A stretch of 46,628 bases of DNA from a virus (lineage: Duplodnaviria > Caudoviricetes). Position 1 is the stretch's first letter, and each line of letters opens with the position of its first letter. This document shows, in pieces, positions 1 to 10,124 of the stretch. Below the pieces are notes generated by a model, which saw nothing but the letters and a program-made list of their open reading frames with translations, did not search any database and was not told the DNA's origin. The translations under genes were made by a program, and so were the position numbers. The stretch is taken from IMG/VR virus record IMGVR_UViG_3300037784_000062, positions 1 to 46,628 of that record; one strand, written 5' to 3'.

Positions 1-293
1 TGAACCCGTCCGCGACCGCGACCGCATAGGCGTCATCGCCTTGTGGGCCGACCAGAGACGCCAGCCATTCAGACCGCGTTCCCGTGAACCCGTCCGCGAC
101 CGCGACCGCATAGGCGTCATCGCCTTGTGGGCCGACCAGAGACGCCAGCCATTCAGACCGCGTTCCCGTGAACCCGTCCGCGACCGCGACCGCATAGGCG
201 TCATCGCCTTGAGGGCCGACCAGAGACGCCAGCCATTCAGACCGCGTTCCCGTGAACCCGTCCGCGACCGCGACCGCATAGGCGTCATCGCCT
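1..293 (-). repeat. 84-bp tandem repeat (about 3.5 units) encoding GDDAYAVAVADGFTGTRSEWLASLVGPQ
   Basis: Unit restarts at 1, 85, 169 and 253; it is in frame with the ORF starting at 613 on the minus strand. Confidence 0.97.
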
Positions 294-613
294 GGATCGC
301 CGATCAGCGTCCGCCCCGCGTCCCATGCGCCTTGATCCGTGCGGCGGTAAATCGCGATATTGGTTTCATCAAAATAGATCAGCCCGCCCAGCTCAGGGTC
401 GGGCGGGCCGTCGCCCGTCACCGCGCCCTGAATGGTCGCCAGCACCCGAACAACGCGATCCGCCAGCACCGGGCGCGAGACGTTGACGCCGAGCCAATCA
501 GTGACCGCCTGGGGCAAGGGTGCGGTGAATGCGGCCCGGTTGAAGCTCAGCCCCGCCGCTTCCATCGCGTCGGCCAGCTCTTCGATGAATTGCGCGTGAT
601 CAATCGCAGGCAT
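1..613 (-). CDS. Tail fibre / receptor-binding protein, N-terminal part (continues across the circular junction into 46628..43906)
   Basis: ATG at 613 with an AAGGAG RBS. Reads MPAIDHAQFIEELADAMEAAG...IGDPGDDAYAVAVADGF and stays open to the window edge. Missed by the ORF track. Confidence 0.88.
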   Translation of the reverse strand, partial: MPAIDHAQFIEELADAMEAAGLSFNRAAFTAPLPQAVTDWLGVNVSRPVLADRVVRVLATIQGAVTGDGPPDPELGGLIYFDETNIAIYRRTDQGAWDAGRTLIGDPGDDAYAVAVADGFTGTRSEWLASLVGPQGDDAYAVAVADGFTGTRSEWLASLVGPQGDDAYAVAVADGFTGTRSEWLASLVGPQGDDAYAVAVADGF

Positions 614-625
614 TGCGCCCTCTCC

Positions 626-3600
626 TTAATTCCATTGCAGGAAGTTGCCGCCCGGCGTGATCGAGACGGCAGGCGGCGACGGCAGGGCAGCCGGCGCCGA
701 GCTTGACCGCCGCACATCAACGCCGACCGGGCCGGACGCCACCTCGACCGCGTGAACGAAAGCGCGGTCGCCGTAAAACCGGCGCGCGCCGTTATTGTCA
801 TTGAAGTTCTCGAAGTACCCGCCACCGATATTCTCGGCGCTGACGATCAACTGGTATTTGATCGAGACCGGGTCTTCGCCGCCGTTCTGGGGCGGATTGT
901 CGAAAATCTCGAACACCCACGGGCGCAATTCGATCTTGCCCGCATCGCGGCGATTGCCCGACGACCAGTAACCGTTTACCGCGACGGAGAAGTGCGGCGT
1001 GTCTTCGGCCAGCGTGGTCGTCACCTGCCCAGCGGTCGGATAGGTCGCGCGCCGCACCAGCATGATCCGGCCATTGAAATGACCGAACATATCGCTGGTC
1101 GCCTTCATGGTGATGCCCGCGCGGACAGAAACCCACTCACTCGCCGGGAAGGCAATGGCGTTCGTCTCGATGGACAGAGGCGCAAAGGCTGACGTCGCTT
1201 GCGCCGCCGTGCGCGTGGTCGAATTGTTCGGCAGAAAGTAATGACGGTTCTCGAACGCAACGCCCTGGGAACCAAGCGCCCCCGGACGGATGCCGTCGCG
1301 CTGAATGCCGCCGTCGAGATTGTCGCTGATCACCGTCCCGTCAGGCTTGCGCTCGATCACCTGACCCGTCGCGGTCTTCACTTCCCAGGTCTTCACCGTG
1401 CGATCCGGCGAGAGCGCATAGATCGTTTCATTCAGCGGATCGATGACGATGCTTGGATCATCATAGGTCAGGCCAAAGCCCAGCTTTTGAGAGGCGAAAT
1501 TGATCGCCGAGGCGACCGCCCCGCCCGTGTTCTGCAGCGCAAACCGCATACCCGCATAGTCCGCGCCAATAGCGACCTGTTGCAGCAATCCGGCGAAGGC
1601 TTCATCAGCGGTCGAATACACCGTGATTTGACTTTGGCCGACCGCACGCAAGGCGTCGATATCGCGCCAAATCAGCGACCGCACCTCGATGCGGCCCGTC
1701 GCCCCGGTGCGGCGAATGACCGGACACCAGCTTTCAGCCGCCATCGCCTCGGTCGCGGTGATGTCATAGCTCGCCTCGCGCCATTCGCCGGACGCGCCCG
1801 CCTCGACGGTCGCCCAGCGGTTCGCGACAAAGGCGCCGCTCGATGCGTTAAGGGCGCGGAATCCGACCGTCACATCACCCGGCGAGCCAGACACATAGCG
1901 CCAGACCACTGTCGCCCGATAGCGCCGCCCCGGTGTCGGCACAAAGCGGGCGCGCGTGCAGAGCGCGGGCGAATTGACCGTCGACCAGACGACCACCGCG
2001 CCGCCCGTTATCGCTTCCTCTGTCCAGTCTGCGAAGGCCCCATCGTTATAGCTCAGAGCCGACAGATCGGACGTGAAGAAGTCTTCAGCATCCTTCACGT
2101 CCTGCTTTGCGGACGCGCCATAGGTCGCCGAGACAACCGCGTTCTGGGCGGCGCGGGCTTCGCTCTCACTTGCCGCCGCCGCGCTGTCCGTGGCGCTCGA
2201 CGCCATCGCCGTCGCCGTGTTCGCCTTGTCCTGGGCGAGCGATGCCGACGCCGCCGCATTGTTCGACGCCGTCGCGGCCTGGGTTGCGCTTGATGCAGCG
2301 TTGCTCGCCGCCGTCTGGGCTTCAGTGCGCAACTCAAGCGTCGCCGTTGCGTACTGTTCTGCTTGACCCGCAAACGTCGAAGCGCTGGCGCTGAAGCCTG
2401 CCGCCGCGCTGGCGCTCTGTCCCGCTGCATTGGCGCTGGTCGCCGCCGCCCCGGCTGACACGCTCGCCGCGCTGGCGCTTTCCCCCGCCGCCGTTGCGGC
2501 GGTCTGGGCGCTCGCCTCAAACCCCGCCGCCGCGCTGGCGCTATTGCCCGCCTCGGTCGCGCTTTCCGCCGCCGCCAAAGCCTGCACCCGCGCAGCATCC
2601 GTCACCGCGCCCGCATTGCCGAACTCTTGCAGGATATCGCGAACGCCATCGTGACGGTCTAGCGCATCCTCCCAGATCGTCTGCGCGAGGATCTCGCCCG
2701 CCTCGAGAGCTTCTGTGATTGTCTCCTCATCCACGCCGCCCGCTTCGGTCGCGCCGAGCTCATCGGGGATCGCCACATCCTCGACGATTTCATAGGCGGA
2801 ATAGATCAGGCGCTCGCCACGCCGGGCGCGGTAGCGGAAGCCCACATCGAGCGTGGCGCCGGGGGCGATATCGCGCACGTCCCGGTTCGGCCGATCGGGG
2901 GGCAGCACGGCGAGCGGCTGGAAGTCGGCGAGCTCGGTGGATCCAGACGGACGGATCTCGACCACGAGCTCGGTGAGGGTCTGGTCTTCATCGGGCTCGG
3001 CCGCGATCTGCAGGACAGGCTGGCGCACGCCGTTCGCCGAGACTGACACCGCCCCGATCGCCGTCACATTACGCGGCGCGTCGATCACATTGTCCGCCGC
3101 GATCTGCGACACGATGAGCGGCGGGTCCGAGCGCCGCCCCGCCCCGTCGATCGCAGTGATGAGGAAGTCATACTCGGCGGCCGGGTCCGGCGGGGTGAAG
3201 CTGATCACCCGGCTATCCGCGCCCAGCGGCGCAAGCGGCGTCCAGCGCGCCTCGGCGTCTTCCTCCGGGCTGAGACGCCAGCTCGCCTCGATCGCCGCGA
3301 TGCGATCCTCATAGCCGGCCGGTGCGCTCAGGCTGATATGGATCTGCTCAGGCGTGACGTTGACGGCGACCAGCTCGGGGCTGGGCGGACGCCGGCGGGG
3401 CGGGGTGACAAGCGCGGTGTTATGGGTCGGGATCGGCCCCTCGCCGGCCTGATAACGGATCGGCGCCTCGAGCACGGTCTCGACCGTCGCCTCGAAGCCC
3501 GCCCGGGGGGTGATCTGCTTGATCAGCGCGCGTGCGGTTTCCTCGCCATAATGACCAAAGGCGACGAGATCATTCGGACGCGGGCGCGGGCCATCCGCCG

Positions 3601-5914
3601 GCGCGACCGGGACAAGCGGAACGAGCCGCGCCGTTTCGCCGGCGACGGCTTCGACCTCGAATGCGCCCTGAACCTCAACAGCCGCCGCACCGCTTTGCGG
3701 CTCGATCACCCGTCGCCAGGCGAGGCCATAGCGCTCGCCGGCAACCATCTCGACCGTGCGGTCGAGCGTGATTGCAATGACGGCGTCAGAGGCGTTTGTC
3801 TCGACCTCGACAATCCGGCCGGCCCCGAGGCCGAGCACCATCACAGGGTGCTGGATCGCGACCAGATCGCCATAGTTGGACACGAGATACTCAATATCGC
3901 AGTCAAAGCTGAACCGCTCTGTCTGCTGCATCGCGGTTGCGCCAAAGAAGCGGGCGAGCTCATAGACCTGATCGGGATCCGTCACCCCGGGCAGATCAAG
4001 CGCCTCGATCTTGGTCGCGACTTGCGTGTCCGGTTCGGAGCCATCGAGCGAATAGCCCTCGAAATAGACGACCCGCTCATCCTCGCGATAGCCTTCAAAG
4101 CGGTTCGGGAAGCGCACCCGCAAGGCATGAACCTCGCCCGGGAAGGTGCGAACAACGCGGAAATTGCTGACATTGCGGGCGGTGAACAACTGGCGCGGCC
4201 CATCCGCGCGAGGGCCGTCAATCACGACTGACCATTTGCCATTGATCCGGACCGGCCGGGCGCGGCCGGCGGCGCAGGCGAGCCGAACGAAATCGCCCCG
4301 GCTCATCGGCCCCGTCAGGCCGTAATCAAAGCGATACCCTTTGAGCCTGCACCAGCGCGCGAAGGCCGCCCAGGCGGGCCAGTCGATCTCGTCATCCGGG
4401 GTCGGATTGACCACCATCGGCCCGCGCATGGCGAACAGGGCCGCGTCGGCCGGGCGCGCCGTAACGGCTTGAACCGTCCAGTCATCACCCGTCACAAGGC
4501 CGAGATCGGGCTCATCCGCCTCGAGGATGGCCGGGTCGAGCGTGGGCGCGATCCGGCGCAAGACCAGGTTTAGCGTATCGACCACGCCCGAGAGCTGATC
4601 AGACGCCTTGATGCGCACCGCCATGACGGCGTGATCGGGCTCAGGATTGGGATCTGTCGGCGCGATCGAGATAAGCTGGGCGAACTGCACCCGGTTCGCC
4701 GTGCGGCCGTCATCGATCTCGGGATCCGTGCGGCGCACGCGCACGCGATACTGGCCTTGCGGAACCGCAAAACGCACCTCGCGCTGGAAGGGCTTGCCCG
4801 ATTCCTTGCGCCGCCATGTGATCGGCCCCGAGCTCGCCCCCGCCTGCTCATAGCCGCTATCAAGCGCAGCCATGTCGAGGAACGGGTCAGTGCGCAAACG
4901 GTTTTCGCCCAGCTCGGCAAGCCGGTCATTCACCAGCGGCGCACTGGCGCGATAGCTCGACCACGCGCCGGTGGCCGGATCGGCGCTGACGGGCTGGTAC
5001 TCGATCGCCACCGTGGCGCTCGCATACTCGTCATTGCCCTTCTTGTTCTTGCCGCCAAGGCCGATCGGGAAGGCGATCACGGCGATGATCTCCGTGACGC
5101 CCACCGCCGTGGTGCGCGTGATCCAGCCCGCCTCGGGGGTGAGCGTCGCGCCCACCTGTTCGGCGAAGGGATCGCGCGCATAGAGCGTCAGGGGCGGATC
5201 ATTCGGCTTGAGCCGGGTTTCGATCTCAACGCCCTGAAAGGTCTCGATCTCGGTCTCGCCGATCTTGATCGAGCCCGGAACGATCTCGAGCGGCATGGGA
5301 CCGAGCGAAAGCAAGAAGCGGATATAGGTGTCATCCCCATGGGTTTCCTGAACCGGCAAACCCTGGAACTTGGGAAAGATCCGCACCTCGCCGAACGACA
5401 CCGTGACCGGGCCGTAAGGATCGTACTGGTTGCGCGCGCCCTCGATCGTGTAACCACGATCAAACCGGCCGGGCTCGAGGCTGGGCTGGGGCGGCGGCAC
5501 AAGCGCGTTGATCGCAAGATTGCCCACGACCATGACCGAGGCGGCGGCCGCCGTCGCCCAGAACTTGGACGCAATTAAGCCGCCCGCTCCGCCGCCGACC
5601 CAGGTCGCGACCGCTATGACTGCGATCTGCAAGAGGGTGCGCAGGAACTTGTTCCCGCTATCGCCACCGGCCGGACGCACAGCAAGGGTCAGACAAGCCC
5701 CGGCCTCTGGCACGAAATCCCAGTCCGTGCGCTCGATCCATTCGCCGTCGAGCTGGACCCGCACATGGCTGGCGAGCACGGGATCGGGCACGGCGAGCCG
5801 AACGATCTGAGCAAGGCTCGCGCCTTCGGGGATCTCCACCCGGCGCGGGCCAGTCTGGGCGAAGGGCCGGTCAAAGACCGAGGCCATGAGAGCGGCGCGA
5901 TCAGACCGGGACAT
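626..5914 (-). CDS. Tail tip / host-specificity protein (lambda I+J-like, TipJ family)
   Basis: N-terminal ubiquitin-like gpI-type segment, a J-like body (YGPVTVSFGE, VMAVRIKASDQLSG), FN3-like regions, an Ala-rich stalk and a CBM-like C-terminal region. Likely start MSRSDRAAL at 5914. Confidence 0.85.
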   Translation of the reverse strand: MSRSDRAALMASVFDRPFAQTGPRRVEIPEGASLAQIVRLAVPDPVLASHVRVQLDGEWIERTDWDFVPEAGACLTLAVRPAGGDSGNKFLRTLLQIAVIAVATWVGGGAGGLIASKFWATAAAASVMVVGNLAINALVPPPQPSLEPGRFDRGYTIEGARNQYDPYGPVTVSFGEVRIFPKFQGLPVQETHGDDTYIRFLLSLGPMPLEIVPGSIKIGETEIETFQGVEIETRLKPNDPPLTLYARDPFAEQVGATLTPEAGWITRTTAVGVTEIIAVIAFPIGLGGKNKKGNDEYASATVAIEYQPVSADPATGAWSSYRASAPLVNDRLAELGENRLRTDPFLDMAALDSGYEQAGASSGPITWRRKESGKPFQREVRFAVPQGQYRVRVRRTDPEIDDGRTANRVQFAQLISIAPTDPNPEPDHAVMAVRIKASDQLSGVVDTLNLVLRRIAPTLDPAILEADEPDLGLVTGDDWTVQAVTARPADAALFAMRGPMVVNPTPDDEIDWPAWAAFARWCRLKGYRFDYGLTGPMSRGDFVRLACAAGRARPVRINGKWSVVIDGPRADGPRQLFTARNVSNFRVVRTFPGEVHALRVRFPNRFEGYREDERVVYFEGYSLDGSEPDTQVATKIEALDLPGVTDPDQVYELARFFGATAMQQTERFSFDCDIEYLVSNYGDLVAIQHPVMVLGLGAGRIVEVETNASDAVIAITLDRTVEMVAGERYGLAWRRVIEPQSGAAAVEVQGAFEVEAVAGETARLVPLVPVAPADGPRPRPNDLVAFGHYGEETARALIKQITPRAGFEATVETVLEAPIRYQAGEGPIPTHNTALVTPPRRRPPSPELVAVNVTPEQIHISLSAPAGYEDRIAAIEASWRLSPEEDAEARWTPLAPLGADSRVISFTPPDPAAEYDFLITAIDGAGRRSDPPLIVSQIAADNVIDAPRNVTAIGAVSVSANGVRQPVLQIAAEPDEDQTLTELVVEIRPSGSTELADFQPLAVLPPDRPNRDVRDIAPGATLDVGFRYRARRGERLIYSAYEIVEDVAIPDELGATEAGGVDEETITEALEAGEILAQTIWEDALDRHDGVRDILQEFGNAGAVTDAARVQALAAAESATEAGNSASAAAGFEASAQTAATAAGESASAASVSAGAAATSANAAGQSASAAAGFSASASTFAGQAEQYATATLELRTEAQTAASNAASSATQAATASNNAAASASLAQDKANTATAMASSATDSAAAASESEARAAQNAVVSATYGASAKQDVKDAEDFFTSDLSALSYNDGAFADWTEEAITGGAVVVWSTVNSPALCTRARFVPTPGRRYRATVVWRYVSGSPGDVTVGFRALNASSGAFVANRWATVEAGASGEWREASYDITATEAMAAESWCPVIRRTGATGRIEVRSLIWRDIDALRAVGQSQITVYSTADEAFAGLLQQVAIGADYAGMRFALQNTGGAVASAINFASQKLGFGLTYDDPSIVIDPLNETIYALSPDRTVKTWEVKTATGQVIERKPDGTVISDNLDGGIQRDGIRPGALGSQGVAFENRHYFLPNNSTTRTAAQATSAFAPLSIETNAIAFPASEWVSVRAGITMKATSDMFGHFNGRIMLVRRATYPTAGQVTTTLAEDTPHFSVAVNGYWSSGNRRDAGKIELRPWVFEIFDNPPQNGGEDPVSIKYQLIVSAENIGGGYFENFNDNNGARRFYGDRAFVHAVEVASGPVGVDVRRSSSAPAALPSPPAVSITPGGNFLQWN

Positions 5915-6341
5915 AGAAGCCTCCAACGCGGCGCGCCCATTGCGGGCTGTCGAGCCGTTCAACGCAGGTGGGCGTCTGTCGGTCCACATGCAGGAAACCC
6001 CCGTCATGCAGCATCAGGCCCACATGAACCGGCCGGCCGGCGATATTGAAAAGGACCGCCGCGCCGGGCTCGCGCTTGCTAGGGATCCATCCGCCCGAGC
6101 CCAGCCCCGCGTCAAAGGCGGCCGCATGGGCGGCGAGACGATCGGGACGCGACAGGGCTGCAGGTTCGGGCGCGCGGCGCGCCAGCTCGCGATCAAGGCC
6201 GCGATCGCCATAGACATGGACGCGGCACCACCAGACGAGACCAAAGCAATCCCAGCCCTCGGGGCTGTCGCCATGGTCGCGATAAGGCGCGCCGATATAC
6301 GCCGCGTGCCAGCCGCGCGGCGGTGAAATCTGTAAGGTCAT
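5901..6341 (-). CDS. NlpC/P60 tail-associated peptidase (gpK-like)
   Basis: YIGAPY...GWDCFGLV and HVGLML...FLH motifs; lies between DUF1833 and the tip protein. Confidence 0.88.
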   Translation of the reverse strand: MTLQISPPRGWHAAYIGAPYRDHGDSPEGWDCFGLVWWCRVHVYGDRGLDRELARRAPEPAALSRPDRLAAHAAAFDAGLGSGGWIPSKREPGAAVLFNIAGRPVHVGLMLHDGGFLHVDRQTPTCVERLDSPQWARRVGGFYVPV

Positions 6342-6346
6342 GAGCT

Positions 6347-6850
6347 CTAGAACAGGGCCGGGGAGAATTTTGGGGAATGTGACCAGGCGCAAACCGGCTC
6401 GTCATCATCATCGCGGACGCCGAGATCGGCGGACACGTCCACATCGCCCCAATCCGCGCTTGTCATCACGAAAGGGGGATAGGCGCGCTCGACCGTGTCC
6501 GGATCCGAGCCGAGCACGATCTCGGCGCGGGCGTAGGGCGCCGAGCTCAGGGACCGGATCAGTTGCGTGATGCGCCGGTCCACATTGTCGATCCGCAAGC
6601 GGGCGCGCGGTCGCGGTCGCTCGCCCTGTTCGGGATCAACCCAGGAAAACGGAAAGCCGAGATAGGTCTCGCCGCGCGAGACGATATTGACCGGATGATT
6701 GACCAGACGCAGCGCACCGCCTGACACGCCAAGCTCGGGCGCATCCGCCTCGAGCGCTGCAAGATCGGGATGGGTCAGGGTGAGCAGGACGAGGAAGTCC
6801 TCGGCGGTCGCCTCATCGGTGACGCCATGCACAAATTCGACGCTGGGCAT
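6347..6850 (-). CDS. DUF1833-family tail hub protein (gpL-like)
   Basis: LLTLTHPDL, LRIDNVDRRI and PDTVE motifs; synteny. Confidence 0.8.
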   Translation of the reverse strand: MPSVEFVHGVTDEATAEDFLVLLTLTHPDLAALEADAPELGVSGGALRLVNHPVNIVSRGETYLGFPFSWVDPEQGERPRPRARLRIDNVDRRITQLIRSLSSAPYARAEIVLGSDPDTVERAYPPFVMTSADWGDVDVSADLGVRDDDDEPVCAWSHSPKFSPALF

Positions 6851-7206
6851 TAGCGCATCCTGAGCTGGGCCGAGATCTTCACGAAACCGCCCGGGGAAGG
6901 CGCGACGGTGAAAGCCTGTTCGCCGGCGAATTGCGCCTCACACGGCGCCCCCGTAAGCGGATGGGTCCAGTTGAACCAGAGCGCGCCCTCCCCCAGCGTG
7001 ACGCGATACCAAGGCTCGAAGGTGTTGCGATAGGCGTCGAGCGTCATCTTGAAGTTCGCCGAGACCGGGACCGCCGCCGCCGTGATCGTGCGGCGCTTGG
7101 GCGGGCCTTCATCATTGGGAGATTCCAGCGCACGCCGTGCGCCGACCTGCAAACCCTCGCGCAAGGCGCGCAGGCTGAGCCCTTCGGGAATATCAATAGC
7201 CGCCAT
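6850..7206 (-). CDS. Distal tail protein (gpM/Dit-like)
   Basis: GPPKRR...TLGEGALWFNWTHP; immediately after the tape measure gene. Confidence 0.75.
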   Translation of the reverse strand: MAAIDIPEGLSLRALREGLQVGARRALESPNDEGPPKRRTITAAAVPVSANFKMTLDAYRNTFEPWYRVTLGEGALWFNWTHPLTGAPCEAQFAGEQAFTVAPSPGGFVKISAQLRMR

Positions 7207-7215
7207 GATCGCCCC

Positions 7216-9729
7216 CTATCGCCGCGCCATGGCCGGGCGCAGGCCATAGCGTTTGCCAAAAGCCTCATCAAAGGCGCCGCCTGCGATCTGGCCTTCGGTG
7301 AGATCGCGGACCATCACATCGATCTCGCGACCGCCGCGCCCGTCTCGGCGTTCGGACACCTCGAGCCCGTCCCGGCTGCGTTGATCTGCAAAGCGAATGA
7401 CGAGCTCGCCGCCACCCACAGCCACAGGCGCGATCGCAGGGGATTTGAGCGCCTGATCGAGCATAGTGAGCAAGGTGCGGTTATCCTCGGCGGTGAAGAT
7501 GCGCTCATCCTTTTTGACCTTGGCGAGCGCCTCGCCCGCGCCGAGCGGGCTTGCGGTGCGATAGGCGGCGGACAAGGAGCTGGCGCTCACACGGCCCGTT
7601 CCCGAATGGAAGGTCGGCTTGCCGGCCGGGGCTTCGGTCTTGCCGCCAAATGAGGAGGTGAACCCGCTCAGGATCTGGGAAAAGAAGGCGCCCAACCCCT
7701 GGGACGCATCAGCCAGCCGGATCTGTTCGCGGATAATGTCGGTGAGCACGTCCAGCGCCACCTGCCCGAGATCCTTCCAACTTGACACCTGCTTGGCCAG
7801 CACGCGGTCGAGGAGCTCGTTTTCAACGCGCAATTCCTTGTTCGCGTCCGTCGCCTCATTCATGGCCTCGCGATAGGCCTTGAGATAGGTTGCGCCCTCC
7901 TCAAAGCTGATCTCGCCGCGCTCGACGGCCTGATTGACGAGCTCCTCCTCGCGCGCCAGTTCTTTGGCCGATCCCGCCAGCTCCTCGCGGACCCGTGCAG
8001 CAGCGGCCATGACCGGGTCTGCGCTTTCATAGACGCGGGTCGCGGCCTCGACTGCGCGCGCGTGAACCGTCTCGGTAATGGCGTGTTGGGCGAGCAGTTC
8101 ATCCAGCTCGGCGATCGCGGCGGTGTATTGCTCGATCGGGGTCGCCATCTGTTCGGTGATCTGTCGGGCGCGTTGGCCCGCTTCAGAGCTGGCCAGAAGG
8201 CGCTCGCGATATTGCTCGAGCGCTCGCGCCGCCTCTTCAGAGGTGAGATTGCCGCTTTCGACAATGGCGTTCAGACGCGCCTGTTCAAGCGCCAGCATGC
8301 CGGTCTGATCGCCGAGCTCGGCGCGCACCCTCGCCGCCTCCTGCGCGTGCTGGGCCGCAACGCGGTCCGCCTGTGCGCCGGCGTTACGCGCCTGGGCGGC
8401 CTCGATCAGGCGATCGAGCTCGGCGTCCGTCGCGATGATCCCCTCCTCGCGCGCCTCGCGCAATTCGGCGATCGATGCGGCGAGCCGTTCAGCCGGGCTG
8501 ATCGCCTGTTCACGCGCCTGCGCCACGGCGCGGGTGAGCTCGATCGTGCGGGTCAGGCTGGCGTCGGTCTCATCATCGCCACTTGTGGGCGAGGACGCAT
8601 CCAGGCCTCGAAACGCCGCGATCCGGGCGCGGATCTCTTCAAGTTCATCAATCTGTCTGTTGGCGGTTCGGCTGTCGCCCGCCCGGCGTCTTGAGTCCTC
8701 AAGGTCATAAGGGTTCAGCCCTGTCACGAGCATGAGGTTCTCGAGCCGGCCCTGTCGCAGTTCAAGCTCGGGCAGGCTCAACTCCCCCAACTCCTTGAAC
8801 TCATCAAGAACCTGGCCAATCGAAGTCGCCACCCCGCGCAGGCCCCGGCTGAGATCGGCGAGAAACTCGGCGGTCGAGACGAGGAAGGGCGCGAGATCGA
8901 CAAAGGCCTGTTTGAGGTTGAGATCGATCACGCGGCTCGCGACGGAAAGCTGGGTCTCCATTTCCTCGGCGCGGGCGAGGACGGACTCGTCAATCACCAC
9001 GCCCATTTCGCGGGCGCGCCGGGTGAGCTCATCCATGCTTTCAGACTGCTCGGTCAGCATGCGGCCGACCGCCACGCCGCTCTCGCCAAAGGCGGCGGTC
9101 TGCAAAAGCGTGCGCTCGGTCTGACTGCCCGCATTGCGCATGGCGAGGCGATAGGCCTCGAGGCGCTCCTCGGCGGTTTCAAGATTGGCGATTTCGGCGA
9201 GCAGTTCAGGATGGGTTGCGCGCAGCAATTCGACCATTTCCCCCCGCCCGGTCGCGGCCTTGGCGGCGTTGCGCTCAAAGGTGACTAGAGCGCGAGAGAC
9301 ATTCTCCCAGCCGATCGAGGCTTCATCGGCCTGCAGGCGCATGGCCTGAAAGAAATCGGTCGAGGTTCCGAGCTCGCGTGACGCCTTGGCGATGCGGTCA
9401 AACTCGCGCACCGCCTCGCGGCTCACCCGCAAGGATGCGCCGAGCGCCACGCCGAGGGCTCCGATCCCAGCGGCAGCGGCAAGCCCCGCCCCACCCATGG
9501 CGCTCAGGCCCGAACCGACAAGGGGAATGCGGGAGGCGGCCGAGCGCAGCGATCCCTTGAGATCCTTGACCGCCGCATCGATGCCCTTGAGCCCGCGCGA
9601 GGCGGACCGGCCCGAACGCTCGATCTTTTCCGCCGCCTTCTGGCCTTCCTGGCCCATGCCGCGCAGGGCGTCGACCAGCTCTTTCTTGCCTTTCGCCGTC
9701 AGACGCAGGCGTACTTCCTGTTCACGCAT
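7216..9729 (-). CDS. Tail tape measure protein
   Basis: 837 aa, Ala/Glu/Arg-rich and helical; follows the tail chaperones. Confidence 0.88.
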   Translation of the reverse strand: MREQEVRLRLTAKGKKELVDALRGMGQEGQKAAEKIERSGRSASRGLKGIDAAVKDLKGSLRSAASRIPLVGSGLSAMGGAGLAAAAGIGALGVALGASLRVSREAVREFDRIAKASRELGTSTDFFQAMRLQADEASIGWENVSRALVTFERNAAKAATGRGEMVELLRATHPELLAEIANLETAEERLEAYRLAMRNAGSQTERTLLQTAAFGESGVAVGRMLTEQSESMDELTRRAREMGVVIDESVLARAEEMETQLSVASRVIDLNLKQAFVDLAPFLVSTAEFLADLSRGLRGVATSIGQVLDEFKELGELSLPELELRQGRLENLMLVTGLNPYDLEDSRRRAGDSRTANRQIDELEEIRARIAAFRGLDASSPTSGDDETDASLTRTIELTRAVAQAREQAISPAERLAASIAELREAREEGIIATDAELDRLIEAAQARNAGAQADRVAAQHAQEAARVRAELGDQTGMLALEQARLNAIVESGNLTSEEAARALEQYRERLLASSEAGQRARQITEQMATPIEQYTAAIAELDELLAQHAITETVHARAVEAATRVYESADPVMAAAARVREELAGSAKELAREEELVNQAVERGEISFEEGATYLKAYREAMNEATDANKELRVENELLDRVLAKQVSSWKDLGQVALDVLTDIIREQIRLADASQGLGAFFSQILSGFTSSFGGKTEAPAGKPTFHSGTGRVSASSLSAAYRTASPLGAGEALAKVKKDERIFTAEDNRTLLTMLDQALKSPAIAPVAVGGGELVIRFADQRSRDGLEVSERRDGRGGREIDVMVRDLTEGQIAGGAFDEAFGKRYGLRPAMARR

Positions 9730-10124
9730 CAGCGTTCAGGGTCCTTGTTCTTGCTTTCGCGGGCGTCATGCTCGCCGGCCATGCGGCCGATCTCGATCGC
9801 GGTGAGAAACGCGCGCACAGCGTCGAGATCGAGCGTGTCGAGTTCGGGTATGCGGGCGAGCGCTTCGGATACATCAAGGCCGGAGATCGCCCCGCCAAGG
9901 CCCGCGCGCTTCCACACGCCCGGGACAAGCCCGGCCTGCCAGGCCGCCTCGCCCTCGAGCGTGTGAGGCGCATGCTCGAGTGTGGGGCAATAGGTCCGCT
10001 TTCCCGTGGCGCGGTTTACGCTGACGGGTCCGCCGCGCGCGCAGGCGGCGCCGACTTCGACGCATCCTGTACAGAAGCCGCCGGAGCCCCATCGCCACTG
10101 AGCCCGGCGGCCAAGACGTTTCCC
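9729..10124 (-). CDS. Tail assembly chaperone GT, -1 frameshift extension
   Basis: The -1 frame opens at the slippery site (…GKRLGRRAQWRWG…) and ends with a TGATG overlap on the tape measure start. Confidence 0.78.
   Translation of the reverse strand, partial: GKRLGRRAQWRWGSGGFCTGCVEVGAACARGGPVSVNRATGKRTYCPTLEHAPHTLEGEAAWQAGLVPGVWKRAGLGGAISGLDVSEALARIPELDTLDLDAVRAFLTAIEIGRMAGEHDARESKNKDPER

Noticed and set aside
1-293. CRISPR array
   Set aside because: The 84-bp units are contiguous with no unique spacers, they are protein-coding, and no cas genes are present.
41-706. Plus-strand 221-aa repeat ORF (and the minus-strand ORF 46308..46622)
   Set aside because: Alternative-frame shadows of the tail-fibre repeat. 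The real frame has an RBS-led start at 613 and continues into recognisable fibre domains.
2140-2600. DNA-level tandem repeat in the tip protein
   Set aside because: A degenerate Ala/Ser-rich coiled stalk typical of Stf-like fibres, with no exact nucleotide unit.
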